DNA of 62,949 bases, filler included, from Nemertoderma westbladi (GCA_032718475.1; 3 parts of 3 records of this genome joined end to end with filler, not necessarily neighbours in it); one strand, 5' to 3'. Shown: positions 46,418 through 60,859, counted from the first letter of the whole stretch. Numbers and translations: made by a program. Notes: generated by a model not told the origin, from the sequence alone.

Positions 46418-49400
46418 GTCTTATTATATACGTCAAGTACGGGTAATAAAATGTCAAATGTCTGAATGTTGAAGTGTCAAACTTACCTAACCGGTACAAA
46501 TAAATCAACAAGTCAGAATGTCGAAATGTCAAAATGTCGAAATGTACAAATGTCAAACTTACCTTGATATATATATATATATCATATATATACCCTAACC
46601 GGTACAAATAAACTAACAAAGTATATAATAAAATAAGTAGTAATCTAGCCTACCAGCTAAATTTGTACGAATAAGTGAGATAACGGTATACGTTAACAAA
46701 ATGTAGATCAACAAGTATAAACAATAGGCCAAACAGCAACGTCTAACGGGAAAATAAGTACCAACAACACTACTAAATAGACAGTGAAACCCACAAATTT
46801 TGAGTACTACTGTGCTTTCTTAAGTTTGAACGACGCGAGTCGTAAAACTTACGTTCCTTTGATCTTCCAGTCGTACAAATTCCCAAATACAAACCGGACG
46901 TGGGTCTTTCCGTTTTTCGGCGGCGCGGACGAATTTATTGTCTCCCAAACTTTGCGAAAAGCGGTCTAATCCTCGAAGCGGTCCAGAAATGAGTCCTTGA
47001 GTCCTGAAAAGGTCGAAGGTGAGAGTTTTACTTCTACGCTTACGAAAAATCTTCCTAAGTACCGATACAAATTGGTCTTTAAACCCTATGTACCTTTTCA
47101 AGTACCGAAAAGTAACACCGCACACACACGGCGTAAAACAAAGTGCTACAAACTAACTGTCAGCTAGTCAAAGATTAAATACGAAAGTACTAGCTACCCT
47201 AAAAGCCTACTGAAGCAGGGGACGTTCTAAATTACAAATTTACTAACCTTAGATTTTAAATATCTCCTACTTTCAATAGCTAACAATCGAAATAATACTA
47301 TACGCTACGGCGGAAATACTATATACTAATTTATATAAATACTTCCTACTGTAAGGGTCCAGTAGTATACCGCTTACCAGATCCTAGTAACGATGTATCT
47401 TACTATGAGACTCTAGTAATGTATACGGGCTTGTACAGTATCTGACAACAAATCCCAGTCCAGGATATCTAAACAAACAGATACAGTACACAAACGACTA
47501 CTGGCGAGGAACAGAGCCTTGTATCTATTCTATGTACGTGAGCGGGTCTAATGCCTACGTACTAGACAGAAGGATACCTGTCCTCTAACCGGTGAGGCAG
47601 ATGTACAGTTACAGTAACAGACCAAACTCACGGGAAAACAATCCCCGCGCAGCGAATCCTAACTATCACTGACAGTCCTAAATACAGTAACTTGCCGCGG
47701 TGTGATTTATATGGTTTATATACGAGCTAGTGGGTTAACAGACCTAGCGTAACAACACTGACAGTCCTAAATCAGTCGAAAAGGGGTCGTACCTAAATGT
47801 AACGATAACTGATCCCCCTGTACGAAATCAGTCTAAAAGGTCAGGCCTAAATGTAACAATACCGTTGTCCAGACAAACAACAGTTTAATAACGAAAGTGA
47901 AATACTCCTTATTTTGCCGCAACTAAATCAGATCCTAATTTTACAAATACAGATAATTTCCACCTAAAGTAATGTATAGTACGCTATAGCTAGTAGAACT
48001 TTAAGGGCGATATGTTTTAGGGCGTGTGTGTGTGGGTGTGTTACAAATAAAACAATTTCGTGTAATTCCTTTTACTAGGTTTTAGTGATTTTCTGACTAA
48101 AATGATACCGTGCGCTAGCTACTAAAATAAACTAGTCGCGTTTGTAGAACTTTATACTCACGAATGACGTCAAAGCTCTCTCCTTCCTATCCACAACCCA
48201 ATGGGCAACCACAGTGTTAGTAACTACACCCGTGATCGGCACTAATACCAGATTCTGGTTGTAAGATAAGAATAGGGGTTAATCGCTACCGTACGTTAGC
48301 TGATCTGGTATACTAATTTAATTCTAGAACTTTGTTGCTGCGGTAGTTAGCAGCAATACCTATCAGTACGTGGCAAGGCGCGGTAGGATATTAATAAACC
48401 TCCCTAGGCCAAGCAGTGTGCCGGTAGCAGAAATACTCCTTGCCTGATCAAATAGCTAACTCCAGACAGGGGGGGGGGGGGGGTACTAATGTACGTTCTA
48501 CAAAGCGAACCGGTACCAAACAGTCAGTGCTACGAATCACTAAATTATGGAACATATGCTGTCCGTACCTAATATGTACTCGCGTACTGACGAATGGCAA
48601 TAGTTCGCACCTGTAGGAAGTACAGGTTAACCCAGGGGTTCGTAGGACTTGACAAAGGGGGGGTGTCTGGATATAATTATTTGATCCTAAATTTGCGGCG
48701 TCCAGTACGGTGTCACGCTTACCCTGATCTATAGGTCTTACGGCGGGCAAGGGCGTCGAACAAAGTCTTACCTTCTCACAAAGCGGGCGCTGCATAGCAA
48801 GTTGAGCATTTCGAAGGGCAAAGGGGGTGCGCGGTCAATCCAATGTGGGCGCTAGCGTGTTGTGGACATCCCTTCCCTGCGTTGCTTACGGCCTAACGAT
48901 CTAGGCTGCCATCTCCCTGGTGTTCGGCTGTCCCGAAGTCGGACCAAAAGAAAACATGTCAGGAAATTGCAGTATATTTACAGTTTTACAAAGAATTATC
49001 AAACGAAGTTTCAACAAGAAACCGAATAAACTAATTTTAAAATAATATCAGGGTGGTTTACAAGGGAAGTGAAGGTGATAACCGAAGGCAAACCGGCCTT
49101 TTTATACTAGAAATTGCACATGGAAACTAAACAGAATTTTCCACAGCTTCACCATTGAGCAATGAAGTGCTTCGTGCTCTATGATTGGCCCAGCTCATCG
49201 TTCAACGCAGTCCGGCCCTTACACTAATCTGGGACATGGAATCCTAACAGAATTTTCCACTGCCTCACATTTGAGCAATAAGATAATTTATGCCCTATGA
49301 TTGGCCTGGCTCATCATTCGCTACGCTGTACGCTTCTCATTGGCCTACCAATTAGCACCACACGAAAATAAATGGCCCCAAAATACAAATTTCCCGACTG

Positions 49401-49604
49401 GGATTCGAACTCGTAACCTACGTAATGTAACCAACGCCTTAACCATCTGACCACTACGCCACGAGAGTACCTAAGGGTTTTATGTGTACAAATATGAATA
49501 GGCATATTACATTACTGTAACTTAGTCAAAATACTTCGGATTTTCAAAAGTTTTTACGTTAAAGTTAAACTACAAATGCTACCTTATAGTGAAATAATTC
49601 ATCA
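43763..49604 (-). mobile_element. BEL/Pao element E4, near-identical inverted copy of E2 without the LINE
   Basis: Colinear with 8587-11680 plus 16464-19190. A/B cassette at 49380-49460. Confidence 0.93.
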
Positions 49605-50089
49605 AGGTCTAATATAATACATAAGGGGATTCTAGAAAAAAATAAATTTCATGTTTTGTAATTTACATTTTGTCTTTTGACTTTGACTTTGATTTTGACT
49701 CGGTAGTGTGAACGCAGCCTAAGAGACATTAGCTATTGTTTTTTTAGGTTGGAGTTCCGCCCGTGGCCACATTTTATTCGGCTAGAGTTCTGCCCGTCCC
49801 CCCATTTTAATTTTATACCAAAATGTACAAGTTTGCTAGCTGCTACCTTTTAGCAGTTTAGTGTTTGTGTAAAGTGTTCTAGAACATTTCATAATAGTTT
49901 TTTTAATTATGATCTAGAACAAGTTCTATTTTGTTCTAGAAAATTTTTAAAAAATGGAAATTTGATATTTTTTTTATTTTTTATTAATTCAATGATAGGC
50001 CTATTGCATTCAACATTTCCATACATTTTTAAACAGTATTTGATTTAACAAACAGGGTAGGTTGTTTTTATTAAACAGTATTTGATTTA

Positions 50090-50235
50090 ATCAACAGGGT
50101 ATTACTACTACTACTAGGTCGAGCGAACTCGGACAGTGGAAATGAGATCCTTCCAGGCTTCCCGATTCTACTACTACTACTAGGTCGAGCGAACTCGGAC
50201 AGTGGAAATGAGATCCTTCCAGGCTTCCCGATTCT
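50090..50235 (+). repeat. short tandem duplication (~65 bp x2) beginning (CTA)n-GGTCGAGCGAACTCGG
   Basis: Two adjacent identical copies are visible. Confidence 0.85.
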
Positions 50236-50638
50236 CCATAGTTGTCGCAATTTCGTTTCTCCCAAGTTCAGTATCTGTTTAGTGTTTATTAATCAATCGA
50301 CATTCAAGTTAATGAAATTGTCACATAGTGAATGTACCGGTAACACATATTAATTTATATCGAAAGCACCAAATGTTATTAATTGTAAGTATTTGCCGAG
50401 CGCCAGCTAATCCACCAATATAACGTTGGCCATTACCAAAATTACCGTTAACAAAGCCAAAATTCACAATCGTATACCGTAGTTGATCTTGATAGTACGA
50501 AAATATATGGTACAGATGAAATACAAATACGTACATACGATAATATATACAATTTAAAGCGATATACATTGGGAGAGGGAGTTATTTACCAACATCAGTT
50601 TTTCTATGTATTTCAAGATGGTTATAATCTTTAACTTT

Positions 50639-53600
50639 CTAGAGTACAACAGAAGCTATGCTTGTTACACCAACTATAGTCGGTGTTAATACCTCTGCCC
50701 TCAGGGCCATTGCTTTGTGGACAAAAAGTGCCAAATTCATAATTACGGACGAATCCGAGGACAAGTGAAATAGGCGAAATTTTTCAAAACTGGGAGGGGT
50801 TGCGCTATGATGCGAATCTAAATATTGGGTTCTCAGAGCGTTATATTTAGGGCACACAAACAAAAAATGATACTCGTCTTCTATTTGGTCGGTGTTGCAT
50901 ACTTGACACACCCGATCGGAGCGAGCAACTCTTCGCCATCGCCCAGATTCTATAGCCAACTGATGCGAAGAACATCTGAACTTCGAAAGCGAGTATCTCA
51001 GTTGTGGATGTTCAGTTAGCACACTAAGGTAAAATTCAGGTCGGAAGCAGTACTTTACATAAAGAGTACCCTTGGGCGAATTATTTATTAAGGACCACCA
51101 ATTCTGAATAAATTGTTCTTTAAGTACCCGTTTAGCTATAGCTAAAAATTTTAGTTCCTCTGGTACGAACTGGTCACGCCAAGCCCAAGATAAGCCAATT
51201 CCGTTCAATAAATCCCGTACTCGCGAAGCCCAATTTGAAAGCGACGGTTTGCGTAAACAATCATTTACAGCCAATGTGTAGGCTTGTTTTGCGATTCTAG
51301 AATCTGGCATTGTAATAAGTTTTAGCCAATATTTTAGAATACTCACTTTCCTTTCAACTATGAGCGGGTAAATACCACACTCGCCGTACACCATATAGTT
51401 TGGAGTTGACGATTTCAATTTAAGCACTCTTTTTAAGAAAGACAGCTGGATTCGCTCGATACCCAATGCAGGGCAAAATCCCCAGACCTCACAACCGTAA
51501 TTTAAAATAGGTTTAATAAGACAATGAAACAGTTTGCATAAAAGTTGCACAGGCGCCGTAGGAAAACAATACATATACCTCGACAACGAAAATATGGCCT
51601 TATTAGCTTTGTCACACAACAATTTCTGAGCTGCTAAAGAGCTACCCCCTGAGGAGAAAACAACTCCCAGGTACAAATACTGTGACACCACCTGAACGGG
51701 AGTGCCATTGTAAGTCCATGTATCCAGTGGGGACATTGACCCCGCCTTTTTAAAGACAACCACTTTAGTCTTATCAAGGTTTACACTGAGTCCCCAGAAC
51801 TTACAGTAGTCCGACAAAGCATGTAAAGATCTCTGCAGGCCAAGGGACGAGTGGGAAACGAGGACAATATCGTCCGCATAGAGTAACATAAACAGTTGTA
51901 AGGTACCGATGTCCAAGCTGTCAACCCCGCATGTAGACATGTGACTCTCAAAGTCATTGAGAAACAGTGAGAAAAGAAGGGGCGATAGAGATTCGCCCTG
52001 TAAGACTCCAGCTAGACAGTCAAAAGATTGTGAAAATTGACCATCCCAACGAACACGTGATTTTATTGCCTTATACATTTCCTTAATAATATTAAAAATT
52101 CTCCCGCAAAAACCCATGTTACTTAATTTTAACCAGAGTGCCTGTCTGTCCACACTATCGAATGCTTTTCGAAAATCGACAAAGCATGCGTATAGTTTCA
52201 TTTTTGAGTTTATTAAGTGATTCACAATAGTGTTCAGCGTAAATATATGATCTACAGTACTAAACCCTTTCCTAAAACCCGCCTGTGCGTCACTTAGGAG
52301 TCCTGATACATCGACCCACCAAGTTAAACGAGAGTTAATTAAACCTGTAAAGAGTTTACCAAGAACACTTAATAGACTGATTCCCCTGTAGTTTCCACCC
52401 TCTGACTTGCTACCTTTGTTTTTGTAAATCGGGCTGATAATAGCATCGGTCCATGCCTCGGGAAAATGCCCAGAAAAAAGCACAGCATTGAAAAGTATTG
52501 TCATCACAGGTGTCAACTGCGAGCAGCCAACTACAAAGAATTCATTTATTAGGAGATCAGCACCGGATGCTTTACCTCTCTTGAGATTTCTTATTCCACC
52601 CTGAACTTCCTCTTCAGTAAAAGCATCTCCAAGTAAATTTTCGAAAATATCTTTATGCATATTGAAATTATTTGGTCTTTGAGGCGTAATTCCAATGTCA
52701 ATAAAATTGTCATCACTATTATTCTTACACAGGTTGGAGAAATGATTTTCAAGGACATTTAATGAAATATGTTTTGTACAATCACTGCCACGGTTGGACT
52801 GACCTCTCTTGAGATTTCTTATTCCACCCTGAACTTCCTCTTCAGTAAAAGCATCTCCAAGTAAATTTTCGAAAATATCTTTATGCATATTGAAATTATT
52901 TGGTCTTTGAGGCGTAATTCCAATGTCAATAAAATTGTCATCACTATTATTCTTACACAGGTTGGAGAAATGATTTTCAAGGACATTTAATGAAATATGT
53001 TTTGTACAATCACTGCCACGGTTGGACTGACTTTACCTCTCTTGAGATTTCTTATTCCACCCTGAACTTCCTCTTCAGTAAAAGCATCTCCAAGTAAATT
53101 TTCGAAAATATCTTTATGCATATTGAAATTATTTGGTCTTTGAGGCGTAATTCCAATGTCAATAAAATTGTCATCACTATTATTCTTACACAGGTTGGAG
53201 AAATGATTTTCAAGGACATTTAATGAAATATGTTTTGTTTTGTATTTCTCCTACTAGCTTTAGACAGAAGTTTCCAGAACTTTTTAGTTTCCGTTACAGA
53301 GTATTCTGCAAGTTTTTTTGATTGGGAAACCTTGAATGCAAATTTTGTCCGCCGTATACAACTAAGATAAACTCCACGTGCTTTTGATAATAGCAAATGG
53401 GCCTCTGGAGACCGATTCCTATTCCAGTTATTTAGCGCTGTACGAAATGCCGCCTTTTTAGTAGAACACTCGCTGTTGTACCAGGGGTGGTTTCCTAGGT
53501 CACCCTTTTCCTTTGTGTCAGTTTTTGTACTTGCAAAGTACTGGTCCCCGGCTGAATGTAAACACTCATTGAAACTGCCAACAGCTTTGTTAATTTTTTC

Positions 53601-54690
53601 TTGGGAAAATATACCATCGCATAAGTCATCGCTAATGTTGTTCAAAGTAGCCTTAATATCGGGGTTGTCTAAGAAATTTTTATAACTGTCAGCTTTATTA
53701 TCTCGCCAGTGGAAGTGTTTAGATTCTACAAATTTATCATTGCAAACAGAGTCAGTTGGTGGGATAGGTGAGCCGCAGTGCAGTTGTTCACCTATCCCAG
53801 TTATTACAGCCGTGACTACACGGTGTTTTGAAAACAAGTTTTCATCGCCGACATATAGTTCTGAGAATAGCTTAAATAAAAGTGGGCTTGCGATAAAGTA
53901 ATCGATAGTAGATTTCCCAATTACTTTATTTTTACCAGTGCAGTGAAAAGTACACTCGCCACCGACTAAACCATCAGTTCCAACTCTCCCATTGGCTATT
54001 CGGAGTCCAGAATTTCTACAAAGAGTTAGTAGTCTCCAGCCATAGTTATTAATTTTTAAATCGGTATTTTTCCTATCTGTCTCAATTGGAAGGTCAGTAG
54101 TATTAAACTGATGGCTATTCGGAATCATGTCATCATTAGGAAGCAGTCTGTCAAGAGTATTACAAGGTCTGTCATTGGGGATGAAGTCAGGCTCGGTACT
54201 AGTTCGAGCATTGAAATCGCCAAAAATCATAAGTTCACCCAAACAACTGAACTTTATTATTCCTCCAGTTTATCAAATACAGAAATTGGGTCCCCTAAGG
54301 CTGCTGTTGAACCGTTCGGCGGTAAATACACCAGACCTAGAACAATATCTGTAATGATACCGAATTTTTTTGCTTCAAAAAGTACCCATAGGATGTCGTC
54401 ATCACTGTCACACAAAACATGTACCGCCCCATCGTATTTTGTTTTATAATATAGTGTAATTCCGCCACTGCATCTTTTAGCATTTTTATTTTTTCGCTTA
54501 CTGTTAACGGATACATTTGAGTAGCCATTTATATTTAAATCAAGCTCAGCAACTGGACTAAGCCACGTTTCAGTGCACAAGAAAAAGTCATAACCAGAAA
54601 TTAATTTGGTAAAATCAGGTTCCACAATACTATTTACTATACCCTCAACATTAAAATTACCAAACTTCAGTCTTGTTTCTAACTTGGAAT
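50639..54690 (-). pseudogene. LINE ORF2 (endonuclease-RT-zinc knuckle) broken by a frameshift at ~54260 and an internal triplication
   Basis: NFNVEG, CTETW, GDFNAR, TIDY; NYRGISLL, QAGFR, FVDFRKAFDSV, GVLQGESLSP, YADD; CQVC...EDEYHFLFVC. Confidence 0.9.
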
Positions 54691-54696
54691 TGGTGT

Positions 54697-56496
54697 TTAA
54701 CCTTTGCCCGGTGGAATGATGGACTGAGGGCCCATAGAGTTGTCTGGTTGGCGTCTATTACTACCGCCACCATTTAAATTAGGCTGCGTTGCGTTTACGG
54801 TGCCAGACCGGGATCTTGTCCCATAAGGGTTTTCACCGTCACCCTTTCTGTTCACCGCACCTAGGCTGTTGCAACGTGGACGGCCAGGCCCACGGCCTCT
54901 CGGGGCCGTGTTCCGTTGGCCGCTGGCTGCCCTAGTTAACGAACTACAGATAGTATTTATAGATCTTTGTTTTCTGCGGTTAGCAGACACTACGGATGAG
55001 GCAATTGGCGGAACTACAGGTAGAGGAGGTGCTCCTCCAACTGTTTCATCCATATTTGAATCAGTCACGTTGACCTCCTGGGGAGGTGTAATTTGCTTAG
55101 ACGCTGGAACTGGTGGACTCAAATAAGCCTCCATGGGGCCGCTTTCCAATAACGTGGTACTAGCACCCATAGTTGGAATTACAACGCTATGGTTAGTCTC
55201 GCAGTGAATTTCAAAACTGGAAACTCCCTCTCCGGCATGGCTACCACTAACAGAGTCTGGTATGGGTGCACCAATAAGTAAATTAGAAACGTGTGGTTCA
55301 TCTACTGTGCCTACACCTAGAAAGTTATTGGGTAAATGTACATTTACAGTACTCAGATCGGCATCTATAGCATTGGTGCCGTCGGTATTATCGGACAGCG
55401 GCTCATAGTGTACAGCACTACAAGTAGTTGGCGGGAAATGAACTACACCTTGATTTGCTGGCGCATCGGCTGAAAAACTAGGGCCAAGCTGGAATACTGG
55501 CGATGTACTGGAATTAGAGATGACGGCACGATTTATATTTGGTGCCCTTACTGTATATGGTGCAGAACCGTACCTGGAATAACCTAGTGTACGAGCAGCG
55601 ATAGAGCTGTAAGTACCAGTATTATGAGACACTCTAGGTACGCCACTGCTAGTAGTATCATCTACTGCGATTAGATCTCCAAGATTGATGTCACGATTGT
55701 TAGAGCCAATGTCCCATCCAGAAAATCGCTTGCCGTTGATAAACAGAGTGTTTCTTGCAACGCTGCTACGATAGCCATTGTTACGAGCCTCACGCGCTAG
55801 TCGGTGGAGAACTTGGCGTTGCAGGCGTATTTCCTCCGGGAAATCTTCCGAAACTCGGTACTCCGTGTTCAATAGAATTTTGGCAGCTTTCCATACGTGT
55901 GTTCTATCCAAAAATGTAAGAAACTCCACCTTTATCGGTGGAGGCTTCGCGTTGGCGTTTCGATTTGCCCGACCGAGACGGAAGACGTTGTCGATAGGGA
56001 TAAGTTTGTTGACTTTTAAGACGTTCTTCATAAAACCGTTAAGTATTTCTACGAGGGCTTCCGGTTCGTCCGACTCCGACATTATCCCTCCGAAGATTAA
56101 ACTCTTCCTGGATTGCTGCATTTCAAACTCTACCTGGCGCCTCAAGTTTGAGATGCTTCTAAGTTTGTTTTCTTCAATTCTTGTGCCCATTGCTGCAAGC
56201 GAACCCTTAATATCGTTGACAGACACATGGATTGACGGAATTAAGCTGAGAATGTTCTCGAGGTTTGTCGATTCGTTTAGCCTCGAGAACCCGGCGTCCC
56301 TGTTTTGCTCGCTGCTGGATATCCGGGGGCGTTTATTGTTAATACTAATACGCGACCCGTTAGTATCATTGCTACTGCCACCACTGTAAAATTGTTGGCG
56401 CTGATAATTGCCAGTCAGAGTCGCTTGGTTGGGGTTGCCAAGCCCATAAACCGGCACTGTTTGACTTGTCGAGGATGAGAAATACTGCATTTCCAT
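54697..56496 (-). CDS. LINE ORF1 (L1/Transposase_22-like coiled coil-RRM-CTD with long disordered tail, 599 aa)
   Basis: SRKSLIFGGI...IDNVFRLGR...PPPIKVEF...YRVSEDFPEEIRLQRQVL...LFINGKRF. Confidence 0.85.
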   Translation of the reverse strand: MEMQYFSSSTSQTVPVYGLGNPNQATLTGNYQRQQFYSGGSSNDTNGSRISINNKRPRISSSEQNRDAGFSRLNESTNLENILSLIPSIHVSVNDIKGSLAAMGTRIEENKLRSISNLRRQVEFEMQQSRKSLIFGGIMSESDEPEALVEILNGFMKNVLKVNKLIPIDNVFRLGRANRNANAKPPPIKVEFLTFLDRTHVWKAAKILLNTEYRVSEDFPEEIRLQRQVLHRLAREARNNGYRSSVARNTLFINGKRFSGWDIGSNNRDINLGDLIAVDDTTSSGVPRVSHNTGTYSSIAARTLGYSRYGSAPYTVRAPNINRAVISNSSTSPVFQLGPSFSADAPANQGVVHFPPTTCSAVHYEPLSDNTDGTNAIDADLSTVNVHLPNNFLGVGTVDEPHVSNLLIGAPIPDSVSGSHAGEGVSSFEIHCETNHSVVIPTMGASTTLLESGPMEAYLSPPVPASKQITPPQEVNVTDSNMDETVGGAPPLPVVPPIASSVVSANRRKQRSINTICSSLTRAASGQRNTAPRGRGPGRPRCNSLGAVNRKGDGENPYGTRSRSGTVNATQPNLNGGGSNRRQPDNSMGPQSIIPPGKG

Positions 56497-56729
56497 TTCG
56501 AGGACTCACTACTTTGATCGACGCAGCTTTGTGGACCAAGGATATTAAATTGTACAGTTTATTATCGCTGTGCTGCAATCCGGCAGTAGGCTGGTAGGAG
56601 TAGGCCTACTGCAGTCTGCAGTACTACAGTATAGCCGTACTTGCAGATATGCGTTGGTACCGGTACCGGTATCGTAATTATTCGTCAAATATAAAACTTC
56701 CAAAAAGCAAGGATTTTAAAATCTTTTTA

Positions 56730-57420
56730 AAGTATCCCTTCAGCAAGTCTCTGATCAGATGAGCATAAGCTCAAAGGATTGTATGCTTGAGCATGTGGAC
56801 GACTTCTGTTATCTGGGATCATAGATCCGGAAGTCAGGTGAGGACCTTCGAATACGTAAGGGAAAGGCATGGGCAGCCTTGAATAGGCTTTCCAGGATTT
56901 GGAAGTCACCGATAATTAATCGGAAACTTAAGGTCCGATTATGTAGAGCAGCAGTAGTTCCAGTACTCCTCTACGGGAGTCCATGCTGGGCTCTAACTGC
57001 TGGGGACACCAAATCTCTGGATGGCACATTCACAAGAATGCTACGCCGGGTTCATTGTGTCAAGTACAATGCACACATCTCCAACCAGACACTATATAAC
57101 ATTGGAGGTGTCTCATTGGTTCCCCCAAGCTTGACACTAGAACGAAATCGCCTCCGCTTTGCAGGACATTGCTTTCGTCGTGAGGACCAGCCAGTGCATA
57201 ATCTTGTACTTTGGCAGCCTCATGGAGTGAATAAGCATGGTGGCCATGACAGCCCATGACTTTCTTGAGACGCATCTTAAAGGACACTGGCCTTGAAGAT
57301 GCGGATGATCTAGCAAATGTCATGGGTGACAGGGAGTTGTGGTGGTGCAATTTTGTTGACAAGCCGGCACAGCATTCTTAAAAATGCAGCTGCAATGCAG
57401 CATGCCGATCCTAGTAGTAG
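56730..57420 (+). mobile_element. 5'-truncated RTE-clade LINE (RT C-terminus and 3' end)
   Basis: HVDDFCYLGS...RKGKAWAALNRLSRIWKS...KVRLCRAAVVPVLLYG...RLRFAGHCFR; ends in TAGTAGTAG. Confidence 0.85.
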
Positions 57421-58439
57421 CCGGTACTAAAATACCTAAAATACCTGCTTTATACCTAAATCTGTACATACAATACAGCAATACTGCAAAATAGTGCTCT
57501 ATATACTAATACCGGTACTGATAGCCTGAGAGAACAGCAGTAGAGAAACCGGTAGCATGGAACCTAACGGTAAATTTCTGGAGGACATAAAAAGTAAAAA
57601 AAAAGGACATCATGAGTGATTTAAACGGACAATAAAAATTATTGCGCTAATTAATCCCTCTCTCACTATGTGTTGGCAACATCTTATGGTTAGTAAGCTG
57701 ATGCCTATAGTAGGTTGTTATATGTGTGAATAATCTCCGGTTATGTTTGTTCAGTGGGATCAGGTTGTTCGCGCTTTTACACCTTTAACAGTTTTACCTG
57801 CTAATTTATATATCTTACAGTATAATGTCTGACAGCCCATACAAAATATGAACACAGCCGAAGCCAGTTTAGCGCGGCGTATGACCCACCGGATGTGGGA
57901 GACTGGATTCTATGGCAGAGAGAGATGTAGGCTACTTTGTATTATTCGATTGATCTCTACTATATAATCTCCAAAAACTATGTTTATTTTCAGTGAAATA
58001 ACAACAGTTCCTTTTAGGTACTGCGCTTTAAATACCACGCAGAGTTATGACTTATATGAGATAACGCAAATGTTTACATTCTTTATGAATGTATTATCTC
58101 CCCAGTAGCTAATTGTGAAAACAAATGGATCCAACATTAGTGTTATTCATCAAACAATTATTATACTTATATTTACTTTCAGTTTGAACTGTACATAAGT
58201 TCTGTTGATGAGTTTAGATACATAGTTCAAAACTGTCTTTTATCAATTTCTAACTAATCTAACTTTCTCTTCCGGCCCTCTCCCAAGTTTGCATTCCGCT
58301 CTCACTCTCTTGCCCCCTCTAAATCCTCTCATGCAGTCCTGTTGTCCTTCGTTTTAGTTTCGCCTTCTCCTTCCACTTGTATGCCCTGCACGCTCGTTGG
58401 GATGATGGCTCCTCTTTATGTCCTCCCCCTGAGCCCATA

Positions 58440-58830
58440 CCTATCCTCCTACATCGTGTCTGTCATATCCCCTGGTAGATGTTCTCGAAGGAACTTTTGG
58501 AGTTCCCATCGGTTCTCCCTTTTCCATCCACTTAGGATACCCTGGAGATGGAGTACCCTCCCTCCTCCATCCACTGGCGTTAGTTCCCGATAGCTGAAGG
58601 GTAGGTAGGATCTCCCTACTGAGATTGAAAAAACATCTGTGCATCCTTAACGTTTACCCTCTCGCACGCCATCACACCGCTGTCTGCATACGTCTCAAAC
58701 ACCTGCATCTTCGTTTGCGCATCCACAGTGCCACAATCCGGCTCCATATGTCCTCGGAATTGGCATACGCTGCAACGATGATGCAGAGTAGGACACGGAC
58801 AGGGTGAAAAAGTCAGATGTAGGCCCAAGT
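58440..58830 (-). pseudogene. possible retroelement gag/ORF1 zinc-knuckle remnant
   Basis: A single CSVCQFRGHMEPDC (CX2CX4HX4C) motif in a short ORF. Confidence 0.35.
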
Positions 58831-59169
58831 CAGGTCAGTATAATGAAGAATAATCAATCCCGGTAGGTAGGGTCATACAGTATTAGGGGCCCATAAACAT
58901 AATAATGTCTCGGAATATAACAACTCTCCTTTGAAATAATAATACGTATGTATATATAGAATATCTCCCTTTTTTTTAAATAATGATATATGTAATATAC
59001 GAGTCAAATTAGATCTAACTAAAAAATATGCATAAACTTTCAGGCAGAAAAATGCACAGTTTTCCTTGCATGCGTGTACTGCGGGGTGGTGGTTCTGTTT
59101 CTGGGGTTTCTGGGTTTTTGTGGTTTCTGGGGATATTATCAATTATGTGAGTACCGTTAGAAATGTTAC

Positions 59170-59640
59170 AACTTCCTGGTTTGGGGAGTAAAAATCGTCC
59201 GTTACACTACAAGGTTCTCCCTGATGGGAATAGGATTCTATAATGACGCGATTGTTCCGTATGGATAAATGTCCCCATTTTGTCCCAACGTTTGGTGATA
59301 GGATTTTGAACTATTACGGGAGAGCTGGATTCCAGTTTTGATAATTGTTGTACCGATTTGTCATAATACAATTTAGATTTCTCAATTGTTTTTTTATGTT
59401 TCACTATATCTGCTTCTTTAGCTGATCTTTGCCACTCCGGCACACATGATCTGTAGTGTGCTGGTACTCTAGAGTAGGGTGGCCATAAACAATCTCAGAA
59501 GGTGATCTTCCATCGCTACCTGGTGTGTTTGGCAATACTAATAATCCCCTCTGGAAATCATCAGCAGTAATTGTTAACCTTTGCATCTAAGTTTGTAAGA
59601 GATTTCACCATGACTTCCATCCGTTTGATTGTGGATTAGA
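59170..59640 (-). mobile_element. Gypsy integrase C-terminal remnant
   Basis: GLLVLPNTPGSDGRSPSEIVYGHP and KLYYDK...VIVQNPITKRWDKMG...RHYRI motifs, frameshifted. Confidence 0.75.
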
Positions 59641-60859
59641 TGGCATCTGGTTCGGGTAATGGAGTTGTGTGTCTGCGCACCGTACCATAAACGTAAGCTC
59701 TGCGCGACTAGTTCACTTCGCGACTGACTAAATGGTTCATACAGTTAAAAACAGTTCGATGTTTCTGTAGACTATAATATATATATATTGTTCGTTCTTC
59801 GTTGAAAATATAATGTAACTGAATATTGACTTTGATGATGAAAATTAACTGTACTAATTGATGTTACACTGGGTACTGACTGGTACAAACTAGTTCACTA
59901 TGTCCTATCTAACATGCCCACACAACTGGCTAATAATGTTATTATACTACGTTATATACACCCAGCAAATATCTGTACTACCAGCCTTCCAGATTGTGAG
60001 GCTCTGATTAGCTCAATGTTTGGAGCAGCTGATTTATGTCCAACTGTCAAAACCTGGTCTTCCCTGTGGTTATATGGATACAAATGTTACCATATTACTA
60101 CCTACACTATACTGCAACATAGTTTCCCATGTGGATATTAGTGAGGTTGATTCCACACTAATTCCTCACTAAATTCCTCACTTTGCCTATGTAATTATTG
60201 CTATATTTGGTTACCAATTTTATTTGGCTTCCCTTCCGGTGGCCGCTTTCTTTTGCTTAAAATTATCTGGTTGCCTTTGGTTGCTACAGACTACGGTAAC
60301 ACTGCCCCCCCCCCCCCCCCCCCCCCAATGTTACCTTCCGGGGGTATTCCTCGAAGTAACATGTATAGCACGAGTCTAACGCCCTCATGGCTTTAATTCG
60401 ATTTTGTGAATTACAATTGGGGTGGGTTATATTTTTTGGGTTCCAGACAGCCAATCCGTACCTTTGGATCTATTGATCCTTCCTTATGATACCCGCGTTA
60501 ACTCTCCTCACTCTGATATTTTGTGGTACCATTCTACACCACACTATCCTCCCTCTATGTACAGCACTCACAGCATGTACAACTCCTCATACTGACTCAA
60601 CTCCCAGGCCTTACAAAACTTTTCATTCTGCCCTCTATACACTACTTACTCACATTACTACACTAGGCATATAAAGTACAACTTGATCCGACTCTTACAC
60701 CCACGCTCTATTCCCATCCTTGCACGCACACCCATTCTTGTAACCTCACCTGTCTCACTCTCTCCCCCCCCCCCCCCCCCCCCCCCCATTTACTTATTCT
60801 CTACCCTCATTTACATCAGTTTTTCGTATTTCTAAGTTACGAGTGCCAACAATAACCTG

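Larger units (their letters stand above)
50280..56700 (-). mobile_element. near full-length LINE (RTEX-like: L1-type ORF1, APE-RT with C-terminal CCHC), ORF2 disrupted; ends approximate
   Basis: ORF1 at 54697-56496; ORF2 pieces 54257-54690, 53220-54242 and 50639-52888. Confidence 0.88.
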
